DNA from: Haliotis cracherodii
Lineage: Eukaryota
Length of the DNA stretch: 64,000 bases
NCBI RefSeq assembly: GCF_022045235.1
Contig: NW_027266275.1
Coordinates: 7,006,001-7,070,000, forward strand
Reading direction: 5' to 3'
Shown here one piece after another: positions 25,708 through 39,570 of this stretch (within the stretch, counting starts at the first letter, position 1; every line of letters begins with the position of its first letter). Both the position numbers and the translations under genes were made by a program. The notes beneath the pieces are model-generated. The model ran no database searches. It worked only from the letters and a program-made list of their open reading frames with translations, and was not told the DNA's origin.

Positions 25708-27243
25708 TGAAGGTCGTAGATGTGTTTCATGTTTATCTTACAATGAACACATGAGCTTGGGAAATCACTCGTTTCCAAAATGTATTTTTTCTAAAAGAGT
25801 ATGAACACATATTACAAAATGTAAAATGCCATAATGAATGCTGCTAGGTTATGAAATAGTTCAAATATATTGTTCAATGGAGCATATATCTTCTGTATCA
25901 GCTTAATGTCATCATAATGTAATTTTTTTTTATTTGTACCTGACATGTCAGTGGAACAATGGCGTCCGACTGGAAGATTCGCCTTGGCGCTCATGATCTC
26001 TCCCAAAACGAAAAATCCTCTGAGTTCCATGACGCAAAGACTGCGATGACCCAACCTCTGTTCAACCCAACAACATATGAGTCTGACATTGGGCTTATTG
26101 AGCTAAGTAGCGCCCCACTGGTATCTAAGCCTGAAATCAACTTTGGGTGTGTTTCCGGCAATGTCAGTAGAGCAGGAGAAGTATGCTATGTCGCCGGATG
26201 GGGAACTACCTCTTTCGGTATGTTTATAGGTTCATTATACTAACCGAAGAGTGTATAGATGATTGACTGTATGTGCACAGGTATTGTTTACAAATAAGAA
26301 CAATATTTTGAAAGCAGTCTTGTTATGTTAAATTGGGTTCTCAAAGTACGTAGTAAGAATAGTTTATCACATTGAGGATAAATGGCTCTTCTTGACAATG
26401 GTTCTGTCAACTGGACAAGTGGGCAGTCTTGATGTCCCTGTCCAACATTTCATTTTGTCAGTAAGTCATATGTATGCTACTGTGGTCTAGGATGAAAACT
26501 GTGTTGTTTTTATATTATATTAACTCCATTTAATTTCATTATTGCAAAGACAAATATTAACCTATTACCATACGTATAAACTGTGACTGTACCAAATAAT
26601 AGGAGATTCGCTGATGATAAATTGTACTTATACGGGGCGCTGTATCAGATGAGCTACGGGTTGTCGAAAAGCCCGTCCTGTCACGCACCGAATGTAGGAA
26701 CATATACGGCTCTAACCAGTACCATGATGCCTCAATGATTTGTGCAGGCCATCCGGATGGTGGAAAAGGTTCTTGCACTGTAAGTACCATGGTTTATTAA
26801 TCGTTCAAAAAAGGTCAAATAGACAGTTCCCTTCCAGAGCTAGATATAAAAGAAGCCAGTGAAACCACCACATCTGCTTTATATGTCATCATAAAGCATA
26901 CTCAAAACGCTACTTTAATACCTAGTCAGTGGATATGTGTGCAATCGATTTCCATGAACAGCTCCCTTCGGAGTATACAACCTAAGCTGCCTGGGAAGCA
27001 CCATGAGGTAACAGTCACTGTATGGTGAGGATATATAGAATCTTTGGAACTAAATTCAGAAGGTTTTATGGGAATTTTACTACTCCTTACATGTTTCAAG
27101 CTATTCTATACAATCTGAAAACGCATGGTTTCCCATGTCGTAGACGCTGAGATATTGTGTTAGTGTTTGTGTTTTGGTATTTACGCAATTTATAAGACGT
27201 AGTTTTGTTACATAACGATAGCCTTCATATCACTATTAAGTAA

Positions 27244-27388
27244 GGGCGGTCGGGTAGCTTTAGTGGTTAAAGCGTTCGCTCGTCACGCCGGAGACCCGGG
27301 TTCGATTCCCGTTATGGGTACGATGTGTGAAGCCAATTTCCGGTGTAAAAGCCAAAAATCGGCGTAAAACGATACTCAGTCACTCACT
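27244..27388 (+). mobile_element. Family-A tRNA-derived SINE, internally deleted
   Basis: Same head and CACT-type tail as other family-A copies. Confidence 0.82.
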
Positions 27389-29889
27389 ACTATAAAATAT
27401 CACGTGACCAGAACCAACAAAACCCGCAGGTATTTGTGACAGAAATATGTCTCACGATCCAAACTGTTCATAGAAAAGCAAATAAGTATCAAAACAAGAC
27501 GAATTCTTTAACACCAATTTCATTTTGCACTGCTTTTATCTAGTGAATAAGTAAAGAAATGAATTCACTTTCAGATTTGTATCAAGCTTAGACTAGTGGT
27601 AGAATCTATCACTTGTATAGTCTGTAGCTCATTTGATGAAAAGAGAACATGTATTTACAGAGAGACAGCGGAGGACCTTTGATGTGCTTCCAAAACGATC
27701 ACATGGAGATAATTGGTAAGATGTCAGTTCAGGAGAATCAACACATACGAAATGCTCGTGGTGATGGCATCAAGGTTTCAACCAGATTAGTATTCCAGCG
27801 TAAGGCCCATCTATTGTTGTCCTAGTCCCTTTGAGTAACAACGATCTGTAATTATGTTTTGAAGGCTTCATCTTGTCGTGTCCATTACATTTGCAATATC
27901 GCAACATGTTAAATCATACGAAGGGAGGCAACTCTGCTTACGTTGCAAAAACAAGACCCAACTCAGAAAAGCTGTCAGTCAAATTTAGCTACTAGCAAAT
28001 GTCCACATGGTGATAAGGTCATATGCTATATGTAAATTTTAACATTATGGACGGCTAAACGTTTCACTTTCCAGCCAAACCCGAAATATATCATGGCATG
28101 TGGAATTTTCAAAAATAACAATTTTCAGTAACAGAGGAGAAATTCTGACACCACTTTAGGAAAAGGTCCTGAATATCTTGAATCTATTATTGACCGCGTT
28201 TGTCCAGTGAGGATTGTTCAAGTGTAAGTTTCTCTACTCTGGTGTTTCGTAATCATATTGAATTGTAGACTCATATTAAGACATATAAATATCATTTCTC
28301 GAAGACATCACCTTATCCTTGTTTGCAGGAATTGTGAGCTGGGGCCCTGGTTGCGCTCAGCCCAACTTTCCAGCCGTCTATGCTAGTTGATCAGGAGGAA
28401 GGCAGTGGATTGAAGCTACCATAAATGAATAGACGGTTAGTGAAATAAAACGAATGAGTTGCACTCGCATATTCCGTTTTCCCAGGTTACATTATTTGTA
28501 AGGATGTTTCTTAAAGACCTTGAAATAAGAACATTACATAATGATTGTTCTCGTAAGTGAAAACAGGAGCCTAACTTAACCAGTCTCGATTATCCGGTGA
28601 AATAATTTCTATTGGGCGTAAAAGAAAATGGGTGAAAATGAAAGGAATAGATCACTGAAAATCAGCAATGACATCAGGTGTTCGCGAAAAATGTAAGCAT
28701 GTCATGTTCTACCGGTTGTACCCCCCACTAACACAATGTGCATGAAAATGTATGACATTGTATTTGTTGCCAGAAATGACACATTACATCATGTCAGCAT
28801 TCGATTGTCATTGACAGCATCCTCAGTGAAGGTTATAGTGTGTTTCAACCGCTGGTGTAACGTTGACTAAATATGACACTATTGGAAAGAATGTAAGTGT
28901 GTCGATACACGGAACTTGCTGAAATGAAACGCCGTATAATAACATACGTAGAGTAAAAAGTAACAAAACCGTTTCCGTGATCATACGAAATCTCTGAAAA
29001 AAGCGTCCAATGTACCATTCCGGCTGTATCATAAGCATGTGTAATGTGTACCTAATACTATCACTATTTGACAGTGATTCATATGAACTCTTATGTCTTA
29101 TGATCATTGATATGTTTTTTTGTTGCTTATATTTTATAATCACTGTTGGATAGTGATTGCGAAATGTTGAACGTATCCTGTCCCAACGGTGACACTCATC
29201 ACAAACACATGCAAAGGCCAGTTGATAGTTCACATGAAAAAACACGGGAGCAAATGGTGTGTTTTTTTTATTTTAGTTATATTGTTTGTTTTTAATTGCT
29301 TCTTATGTTGGGCGTATGATGTGTATGGTTAGATATGAATCTCCAGTAAAAAGGATGTCTTTGTCATTTATATTGCCATTAACAACCAAATTGTTAAGAA
29401 TTCATAATATTAAGCACTACGTTTTAAGAACCTTTTCGGGAACACCTGATGTCATCACTGATTTTCTTTGATCAATTCATATATTTGATCTGCTATTTTG
29501 CCTCACGCCAAATGGATATCCTCTGGCGTTGAAGTTATATATTTACCATGAAACATTTTGAAAGCCTTTCTATGGTCTTGAAAGTTGAAACCCTGATCAA
29601 AGACCTTTTCAGCAAGAGTCGTACGAAATCTTTGTAGATAGATGCTTGATTCTACCTGAAAAGTAACCATAAAGATTCAGACAGTGATGGACAACAAACA
29701 CAATTAAAGACAATTAATTGGCCCACCAAAGAAACTGACAAATCGCATGTCGACGAAGCGTCTAGACCTGAAACTGAATCAAAGATTATGGCAAACTTAT
29801 TTGCATCTTTCTTCATCACTGAATCGGACGACGATTTCACGGAATGTGATGTTCCATTTTCTGGAGAACCTATACTATACCAAGCTTCT

Positions 29890-31510
29890 AGTTCCAAGGA
29901 GGTGAAGTCAATAGTCGATGCTGCGTCCAGCAAATTGTGTTGTCTGTACCCTATGCCAACTAGGATTCTGAAAGGTTGCCTGGAAACTTGTAGTCGTGCA
30001 ATCTCATCCTTGTTGAATTACCTCACCAGCACATGGATCAGTCCCGACGACATTCAAGCAAACCACCATAAATCCACTACTCCACTACTAGTAAGAAAGT
30101 ATCATTAGCCACATGTGTGCTCAAGAACTATCGTACAGCTTTATGGATAACAACTTCCGGTTTATTATATATAGCGACGTTTCGATGCAGATTCTTACAC
30201 CGTTATCAAGCTTGAGTCAATACATCTAGCCATATTGCAAAAAGCAAGGTGTTGTCCATAAAGTTGTATGTTATCTTACTTACTCATCCCAGTCAAACAG
30301 TTAACTATCCACCTGTCATTTGTGTCCAAAGAACTTAAACAGTTAGTTCCAGCGAGGCTTAACCAACATCTGTTTATTCATAATTTGAGTGATGTATTTC
30401 AATCAGCGTGCAGGCCTCAACGCAGTACCGAAACTGCACTGGTCAAAGTACACAACGATATTCTGAGATCCAAGATGTTTTCCTTGTATTGCGTGACCTT
30501 TCAGCACTATTCGATAAGGCTGACCATAACTTCCATTTGATTCGCTTAGAACACTGACTGAGAATCAAGGATACGTCATTATCCTGGTTAAGATCTTTCT
30601 TATCAGGAAAACTTTTGCAAGTTCAGGTATATGGTATAAAGTCAGTTAACGTGATTAACACAGTTTGACATGTGGAGTGCCATAGGGCTAAGATGTTGGA
30701 CCGATATTGTTTTCTTTGTACATTCTGCCCCACGGCAATGTCATACGAAACATGGACTAAAGGTTTATGCGTATGCTGATGATAATCAGTTATATCTTGG
30801 TATCAAACCCGTCAATGTGAATACATGTAAAACAAACGTTTTGAAGATGAACGACGATAAGACAGAGTTCATTATTCTACTTCTGAAAGTTCCCTATTAT
30901 AACTTGAGGTTGCTGAATCCAATTTTCATCCTTCTGATCAAGTTAGCAATCTGGCAGCCATCTTTGTGAAGACAATGTTGTCAGAGGAACAAACTCTCAC
31001 TGTCGCCAGATCAACTTCTATTCACACGAGGAACCATGGAAACATCCGTCTATGTCTTGGTGCTGGAACCACAAAGATACTTGTCCACAACAATGATCTG
31101 TGGAGGCAATACCATTACCCACTGTAATTACCCACTAGCAGGTATGCAGAACACAGCTGCCCGTATCATTACCAGAACTAAATCCACCAAGCACATCACA
31201 CCCGTACTGCAGAGTTATTCACTGGTTGACAGTTAAACAACGGATAAAAGTTCAAGCTGCCTAACATTACCTACAGCGCTATTCATGATCCACAGTATGC
31301 ACAGTATTTTCAAACTCGAATTTCAATTCACAAGCTTAGTGGAACTCTCTACCTCTCTTCATCAGGTGTACCACTAACTCTGACATCTTCCTTTCTTCTT
31401 TAAAGACATACCTCTTCAGAGAGGATGTTTGCAATAGACACCTCACAGCGCCACCGAGCAGCTTTTCCAGATGGAAGTCAGGCGCTATATAAATTAATTG
31501 TTATTATTGT
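29890..31510 (+). mobile_element. Decayed L2/CR1-group LINE, reverse transcriptase and 3' end
   Basis: Fragments FQSACRPQRSTETALVKVHNDIL, YAYADDNQLY, LKMNDDKTEFI and QNTAARIITRTK..HITPVL; 3' end gcgctatataaatt...ttattatt. Confidence 0.88.
30138..30285 (-). mobile_element. Penelope-like element terminal fragment inserted in the L2 LINE
   Basis: Minus strand gcttgataacggtgtaagaatctgcatcgaaacgtcgctat...gaagttgttatccataaa, homologous to 58559-58645. Confidence 0.6.
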
Positions 31511-31734
31511 ATAGATATCAATATCGTCTGTGTGTTGGCTGTTATGTCGCTTCGAGAAGTATTCGAGTTATTTACATTTCAACCTTATGTCAGCTTCAAG
31601 CCAAACTTGATGCAGATCGTAGACGTTTAATATGATGAAACCCACCAGACATTTAGTTCACAAACCAAGAATCGTAGAGGATCGAGGCATTATCCACGTG
31701 CATCAGTAACAAAGAAGCTAAGTTTGGCAAATGT

Positions 31735-32145
31735 TTGTGTGAGAAGGTTGTCTTTTTTTATAAATCCAATCCAATCATTTATATTATTGAAGTTGTCCCA
31801 TTTGACACTAATGTCATGGACACGATTCAGGAAAAACATGGCAAACATGCGGACCTCGCTTTCGAAATGTCACGTCTGCATCCCAAGTTGTCCGACTCCC
31901 CATTGTTCTCTGTGCCTTAGGTTTGGTACCTCCAAATCTGTTGACTGACATTGGTAGAGTACCGGGGTTTGCTACCAGGAATACAGCCCTTCTGACAATC
32001 TGTGTAAAGCAGAAGGCTGCAGTATTGGGGAGTCTTCACATTCTCCGAAAAGTTCTCGGTTCGAGTAGGCAGCGCTTTCAGGGAGAAGTCCCATTCGCTG
32101 CCTGGGCTGCGTGTAGAGGGGACAAGGGCCCTGAGCTGATGATGA
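31735..32145 (+). mobile_element. 3' fragment of the same RLE-type retrotransposon as 14330-15235
   Basis: IYIIEVVPFDTNVMDTIQEKHGKHADL...QKAAVLGSLHILRKVL; shared 3' end ggggacaagggccctgagctgatgatga. Confidence 0.85.
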
Positions 32146-32605
32146 ACCTAACCAGCCTGACTGTGCCAGGATCACCCAAACCCTCTTTGCTGCATTTCTT
32201 ATTTTAATCTGAAAATATTTGTACAAGCATGTACGCTGCACTTTCTAAAGAGTACCGATAGTGTCCCGCCTCCCTCTCAAACTATGACAGAATTTCGTAC
32301 ATGTGGTAATACATACCTCAAGCTTCTTATCATTTTCAATGACTGCTGCACGCCAAATGTAGATTCGTGCGTTTCACACTAAGTTATTACACCCAAAGAA
32401 ATAAATTATGATACCAATGTAGTAATTATTTTTATATTACGTTTGTGTTGAATTGACACATAACATGGTCTCAGCGAGTCATTACTGGTATGTCAGAATG
32501 TTGCTCATTATTGAGTGACAGCAATTATATAACACCTACGCTCACTGCTTATCTAATCTGAAAACAACCTTGTTCTATAGTGGTGTTGGTGTCAACACGA
32601 AGAAT

Positions 32606-35600
32606 ATGCCAGCACTTGTGTGTTTCGTGTTTGTGTATCTTGCTTCAGGTAGGATTTAACTACGCAATTATACTGCGACAGTAACTCCATCGCTTCCTTT
32701 CTTCCAAAGATAATATAGATTTCGTTCTTCTTTGTTGTGTGAAGTTATTTCACTTGAATATGCATAATTCTACACAAATTGTAAGTCCTGCTTTTTTCCT
32801 GTATCTCGAACAAACGAAAGGAGTATAACATTAGAATACGAATACCATACATACGTTCATTATGACGGAATTAGAATGATACTTATTAGGCTTAATACAC
32901 ACAAAACAGGTCAGATAAGACGATATACAATTTGCTTAAAAAATGGCAGTTAAAATGTATTACTTGTTCCAAACATGTATACAATTGCCTGTGGTTGTGT
33001 GATATTGCAGTTATCATTGATTAGTGATATATGATTTGACCTATAAGATGCTCATGATGTCGATCACTGGATTGTCTGGTCCAGACTCGATTATTTACAG
33101 ACTGACGTCATATAGCTGGAATATTGCTGAGTGCGACGTTAAACAACAAACAAACAAACAACCTATAAGTTGCTGCTCCACTGACTGGCGCACATTTGCA
33201 GTGGAGTTCCAGACATTATGTTCATAACCATGTTACAAACAGGAACAGTGTCTCAGCTTTACGTTGAGATTCATACACATCATAATACATGTGCGTTTTG
33301 AATTACTTGAATTTAGCTTGTTGGGACTGCCAATTTACCACAGCCTATATCATCGACAGAAAACAAGGAACTAATAATTTGTATGTAGATTACAAAACCG
33401 TGACATGGATCTGAACACACTCGCTTTGAAACGCCTCCGAGATAGTAACTCAATGGACAGTCAAAATGGCGTATTGTGGATACTATAGAGGTAGAGGGGA
33501 CGTCAAAATCCCAAGTTGTCCTATTGTTTGGCAAATCAAAAAGTGTAATTTCTCGACTGTGGAACGAGTGCCGTCAAACGGGTGAGGTTGCAATGAGACC
33601 TGGGAGTGGCACACCTAAACAAAAGACACCAATACAACGACATTTCAATACATATATTGCACTATGCAATAGATTCAAATCTGCTTCTGTTATCAATAGA
33701 GAATTTAGTACAGTAACGGGAAGGTGAATTTCAACACTACCGTTACAAACTGTCTCTCTGCTTCTCTCCTGAAAGCAAGGCTTCCTGTGAAGGGTGTTCC
33801 CAACAGCTTCTCATGGGCGGCAACGATTGGGGTGAGCTAGGCAACACCCGTTTTTGTCCTTAGAGGCAGGATACGCTCACGTGTTCGCGAACACCTGGAC
33901 TCATAACTATTTGATAGTGATTCATAAACACATGCTCATGATATAGTCGGAATCGCTAAATCGACTCAGCTTTATGGAGAGATTTCTATGATATATGGAA
34001 AGGCTTTTGTTGCTTTAGTTTTATTGCTACATCCAGACCTCTAGAGGTTGTCCCGAAACTCTTGAATTGTGAAGCCTGCCATGTTCATGTACAAAATCAT
34101 GATAACTCCACTCTCTTTCGAAAACAGCACACGACATTTTACTGACCCTTCAATCATTCGCTGCCAATGATAAATACAAATATATTTCATTTTCAACATC
34201 CACTAATAATACTGACATTAACTAATCAAAAGTGCACATGTAATTAACCTTTAGGAAATATTGAAATTTTGAACACGTATTGAAAATATCAGTGGAATTT
34301 GAATTTTATGTAGACGTTGTTGTTTTAAGCACAACTTGTACCTAATATGTGCAATACTTTACTCAGATTGAACGTTAAGTAAGTCTTCACTTTTTATATA
34401 ATTATGTTCATTACATAATACATCAATGTGTTCCTGATTGTTATGACAGGAGTCTTGAGTAATATAGACCCTCCAGGATGTGGGATCAATGATGTGGGCT
34501 TTGATTACACCACCCTCCCAAAGGCAGCCAGCAATCGCATTGTTGGTGGACAAATCGCCACACCATATGCCTTCCCATGGATGGTAAATAAAGTGTATAA
34601 CGAAAGGGATCTCACAGTGTAAAACTGTTAATCAGATTAACTCATTGCTGAAGTAGAAAGTTTCATGAAGCAGAGATAGGTGAATTAACCGCATGTATTC
34701 CGGAACGGCTGACAACACCAAAGTTAAAAATGAATAATTTGTTCTTTGAACTGCCGTTGTGTATACACATGCAACGTTATACATGTTTATATTGTTCATC
34801 GATGAACACCGTAACAACCGATGAATGTGAAGATGACTCGGCCTTTACAATGTGTGAACAGGTTGAATTTGTGTCCTTGCACCCTAACAGCCAGAATCGT
34901 CTCTGATGCTATGAGCTTCCGATTTGCCTGGCCGTGTAATTGTTGACTATTGTTGACAAAGACGTAATACAATGTTCACTCACTGACTGTATCGATGTTT
35001 CTAGGCTGCTCTTGAAAAGCGTGGTGTTCTTAATTGTGGTGGGTCACTCCTGAAAGGCAGTTCTGACAGGTGGTACATCCTAACTGCTGCCCACTGTTTG
35101 GAGTAAGTTGTTGACACGTAAACCTACTTGAGTTGATATAAAGACATGTTACTATAGAATAAGACTGAGTGAGTGAGTGAATTAGAATCGCCTCTGTGAA
35201 CTGTATTTGAGTCATGGCACAGCATGTCAGATTGATTTGAGGGGATCACCCAGGGTCACATCACAGCATGTCAGATTGATGTGTGGGGATCACCCAGGGT
35301 CACATCACAGCATGTCAGATTGATGTGAGGGGATCACCCAGGGTCACATCACAGCATGTCAGATTGATGTGAGGGGATCACCCAGGGTCATGGATGTCAT
35401 ACACGTGTATCACGTTTATCACGTCTCATTATGAACACATGAACTTGAGAAATCACACCAACGTTTCAATGTAAGTATTCTCAGCAGTATGTACAAATCA
35501 ATTTTCGCTAGTCGCTGTTTGAAACATATTTGAAATTATGAATGTTGCTAGATTATAAAATGTTTGAAATATATTATACGATGGAACAACATCTATCTTT

Positions 35601-37871
35601 GGTATCAGAAAAAAGAAGCGTTTGTTACAAATCATTATTTCTGTTTGTCAGTGGAACTATTGTGTCAGACTTAACGATTCGCCTTGGCGCTCATGATGTC
35701 TCCAAAAATGAACCTTCCTCCGAGTCCTATAACGCAAAGACTGTGATGTCACACCCTCTGTACAACCCAACTACAGTAGAGTATGACATTGCGCTGATTG
35801 AGCTAAGTGGCGCCCCACTGGTATCTAAGCCCGAAATCAACTTTGGGTGTGTTTCGGGCAATGTCAGTAGAGCAGGAGAAGTATGCTATGTCATCGGATG
35901 GGGACTTACCTCGAACGGTATGTCTACAGGTTCACTGTTCTACACGGACAGTGTATAAATGATTGAATGTAAATGCATAGGTATTTTTTCTATTAAGAAC
36001 GGGTTCTCAAAGTTCTCGAAAATCAATGATGTTGTAAAAAGAAATAGTTTATCATTTAGAGGATAAATAACTCTTCTTGTCAATGTATTTGACAACTGGA
36101 CAAGTGGGCAGTCTTAATGTCTGTATCAAACATTCCATTTTGTCAATATATTTTAAGTATGTCACTGTGGTCTAGGACACAAAACACAATTGCAAATGCA
36201 ACACAAATATTAACTTATTACCATATAAACTGTGACTGTACCAAATAATATGAGACTCCCTGATGATAAATTGTAGGAGGCGATGCATCAGATGAGCTCC
36301 TGATTGTTGAAAAGCCCGTCCTGTCACAAACCCAATGTAGGGACATATACGGCTCTAACCAGTTCCATGAAGCCTCAATGATTTGTGCAGGCCACTCAGA
36401 AGGAGGAAAAGATTCTTGCACCGTAAGTACGACTTAGTAATCGTTCAATGAAAGTGGAATAGACACTCCCTTTCCACAAATCTAAACACGGTACTGGAGC
36501 CAGAAATAAAGAAACCAGAGAAACCGCCCCATCTGTTTCATATGTATGTCAGTTAAATTATAATGTGCACATGTGCCAAGCATTCTCAAAACGATACATT
36601 ATTACCCCAGCCAATGGATTTATGTGCACTCGATTTATATAAGTTCACGTCTTTCCATGTCGTAGACACTGAGATATTGAGCATACATATTAAGTGTTTA
36701 ATGGCTACTGTTCTCGAAGCCAAACTGTGTTTGGTATTTACGCAATTGATAAGAAGCAGTTTTGTTATTAACGATAGCCTACATGTTACTATTAAGCATC
36801 GCGTGACCAGAACCAACAATACCCGCAGGTATTTGTGACAGAAATATGTCTCACGATCCCACCTGTCCGAAAGAAAAGCAAACAAGTATCAAGAAGAGAA
36901 TATTTCTTTACACCAAGTTCATTTTGCACGGCCTTTACATTGTGAATTAGTAATGAAAAAAGTTTACTTTCCTATTTGTATCACTATTAGACTTGTGGTA
37001 GAATCTGTCACTGTTTCTCTGTAGCTCATTTGATAAAAAATTAACATATATTACAGTTGGACAGCGGGGGACCATTGATGTGCTTCCAAAATGATCGTAT
37101 GGAGATAATTGGTAAGCTGTCATTTTCAAGACTTTTCTCACAAGTGATACATACAAAATGCTCATGTGAATGGCATAACATTTTCCAGTAAATCAGTATT
37201 CCAACTTTAGGCCACCTACTGCTTTCAGCTGTGGAAGTCCATCTGATTACGATCTGTAATTGTAATCATGTTTTGAAGTCTCCAATGTCATGTCAATTAC
37301 TTAAAAACATATGTGCAATATCAAAAAAATGTCCAATCATATGACGGGAGGTAACCCTACCAACGCCTCAAAAACAAGACGCAAATATGAAAAGCTGTGA
37401 GTTAACATTGGCTGGCAAACGTCATATGTAATATGATAATATCAACATTATTAACTGCATTGTTCATGCTGTGTGGAATTTCCAACAACTGTCAACAGCA
37501 GCGGACAAATTCATTTTGACACTACTATACGAAGTGGTCCTGAATAAATACCTTGAATCCTTTAGACCGTGTTTCGTTTCTGTTGGGTTTTTCAAGAGTA
37601 CTTATCCAGTAATGCTTGTTGGAGTGTACGTTTCTCTTCCGTGATGTTTTGTAATCATATTCAATTGTAGCCTTTACAATGAGTACACAATGTTACAATA
37701 AAACGTATCAGAACTTCTCGCAAAGTCATCAGTTGTACATGAGACATTATCCTCTTCGTGTTTGCAGGAATTGTGAGCTGGGGCTATGGTTGCGGTGAGC
37801 CCAACTTTCCCGGCGTCTATGCTAGTGCAACGGGAGGAAGGCAGTGGATTGAAGCTACTATAAATGCATAG
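32606..37871 (+). CDS. Trypsin-family serine protease, copy 3, intact
   Basis: Exons 32606-32648, 34450-34583 (SNR|IVGG), 35005-35102 (TAAHC), 35652-35917 (YDIAL), 36277-36422 (KDSCT), 37057-37111 (LDSGGP), 37768-37871 (VSWGYGC..PGVY, TAG). Confidence 0.92.
33048..33161 (+). mobile_element. Family-B element, 3' half
   Basis: gatgctcatgatgtcgatcactggattgtctggtccagactcg...(AAAC)n; acctataag is repeated on both flanks. Confidence 0.8.
33470..33900 (+). mobile_element. Decayed Tc1-like transposase, N-terminal fragment
   Basis: ORF 33476-33727: [28 protein letters not shown] (paired-like HTH and GRPR-like motif). Confidence 0.7.
35217..35390 (+). repeat. 44-bp minisatellite in intron 3 of protease copy 3 (4 copies)
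   Basis: Unit cacagcatgtcagattgatgtgaggggatcacccagggtcacat. Confidence 0.93.
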
Positions 37872-39309
37872 ACGATCACTAAAATAAAACGAATGAAACG
37901 CACACCATATTCTGTTTACCCTGGTTTCATTATTTGTGAAACATATCGGATGTTTCCTAAATGGCCCTAGGAGAAGAACATTTATAACATAATGATTGTT
38001 CTTGTTAATGAAAACAGAAGGATAACCTTAATAATATGAATATTAGACAACGACAAATAATAACAGCCTCGGATATCCGTCGAGATTCTATTTGGCGTAA
38101 AAGGTAAAAAAGCAGTGAGAAATTATGTGAATGGATCACTGAAAATGAGCGATGACACATGAGCAGTGATGATGCCATGCGTTAATCGTATCCTGCCCAA
38201 CCGGTGCCAGATTTCACATCACATGCAAAGGCCAGTTCACCTGTACAAACGCGGAAGCACAATATGGTGTTTTAGTTTTATTTCAGGCATACATGTTACA
38301 TCTTGAAAGTGGTATATGTTTTATTGATTCTTATACTGGGTGTATGATGTGTATACTTAGATACGAATCTACAGTAAACATAGTTAGTCTTTGCCATTTG
38401 TATTGCCATAAACAACCAAATTATTAAAAATTCATTTTGTCAAGCACTGTGTTTTAAGAATACGGAATATATGGTCACTGAGGCGTCGAATTTGGAAATG
38501 TCTTCCACAAGTTTGATCACCTGGTATTAGCACTGATTTTCGTTAATAATTCATATAATTTATTTTCTATTTTGCCTTACGTTGGCAGAATCTACCAAGT
38601 CGCCATGCCATACCACCCGATCCAGTCATTCACTTCTTACGACAAGCATAGGTTGCTGGAGACACTTTCTTCCCCGTAATCCACACGGGGTGCTCAAGTT
38701 TTATGCTCTCGTACCATAGCATAGGGTTCTAAGACAACAAAATGTAAACAATATCAAATGAGTAAGCTCTTGTATCTTTTACTAAATACCTATATTTTAT
38801 ATGAAATATGATAATTGATGGCAAGCGAATACATATAACTTGTACTTGTACACACTTCTGGTTAATTGAAAACATCAACGCCAGAGAATAATCAGTATCG
38901 ATTTCGAGCGGAAACAGATTCCTTTGGGACTTCAAAGATAAAATAGTGATGAAAATTATATCAATTGATCATTAAATATTGGTGATAATACCAGGTGTTT
39001 GCGAAAAGAGTAAGCATGTCCTCCCACTCAAACAATTTTCATTAAAATAGTAAGTGTTTGTTTGTTATCTGATGTCACACCCAGCAATACCCCTTCAAAA
39101 GACAATGCAGCGCTCATTTTCATGAGCAATAATCCACGTCATGGTACATGCTGTAACCCTGTCAGTAATTAGTATCACCCGCTCCATTGAAATAAGTGCC
39201 AGTTGGTAAAGAGTGAGTGAGTATGGTTTTACGTCGCTTTTAGCAATATTCCAGCAATATCACGGCGCGGGACACAGTAGGTAAAGGAGTATGTATGGCT
39301 CCAGCTGTC

Positions 39310-39570
39310 AGTTGGTGGGCCTTTGTTGAGTTATCGCGATGGCCGTATTGGTACGTATGGCAAAATAGACGTAGATATTGGGTTATATAATAACGCAATG
39401 AGAGTGTCACCAATGTAGCAAGAATGAATTATGTGTAATAAAATAGTTCTGAGATTACCATTGCAGTCCTGTCTGAAAAATGACGTGGGCGTATCTCAAA
39501 GGATATCAATAACTTTGTGTTGCTGTCGAAACATAGTCACCGTTCATAATGGACCGTCAAAGTATGCAAT
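39310..39570 (+). pseudogene. Relic of protease copy-1-type exon 6 and following intron
   Basis: ggtgggcctttgttgagttatcgcgatggccgtattggtacgtatggcaaaa... aligns by eye with about 19567-19940. Confidence 0.75.

Larger units (their letters stand above)
21449..28432 (+). pseudogene. Trypsin-family serine protease, copy 2, pseudogene
   Basis: Exons 21449-21494, 23054-23187, 25026-25123, 25952-26217, 26634-26779, 27661-27715, 28329-28432. Lesions: TAA at 25095-25097, exon 5 acceptor AG to AC at 26632-26633, TGA at 28388-28390. Confidence 0.88.

Noticed and set aside
28388-28390. Selenocysteine or readthrough at the in-frame TGA of protease copy 2
   Set aside because: The aligned residue in paralogues is Ala, and the gene also has a TAA and a broken acceptor. 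The GS-like stop is TAA, so selenocysteine does not apply there either.
29652-29933. Acidic short ORFs next to the L2 element as a host gene
   Set aside because: No splice structure or recognisable domain; it adjoins decayed retroelement sequence and is probably another repeat fragment.
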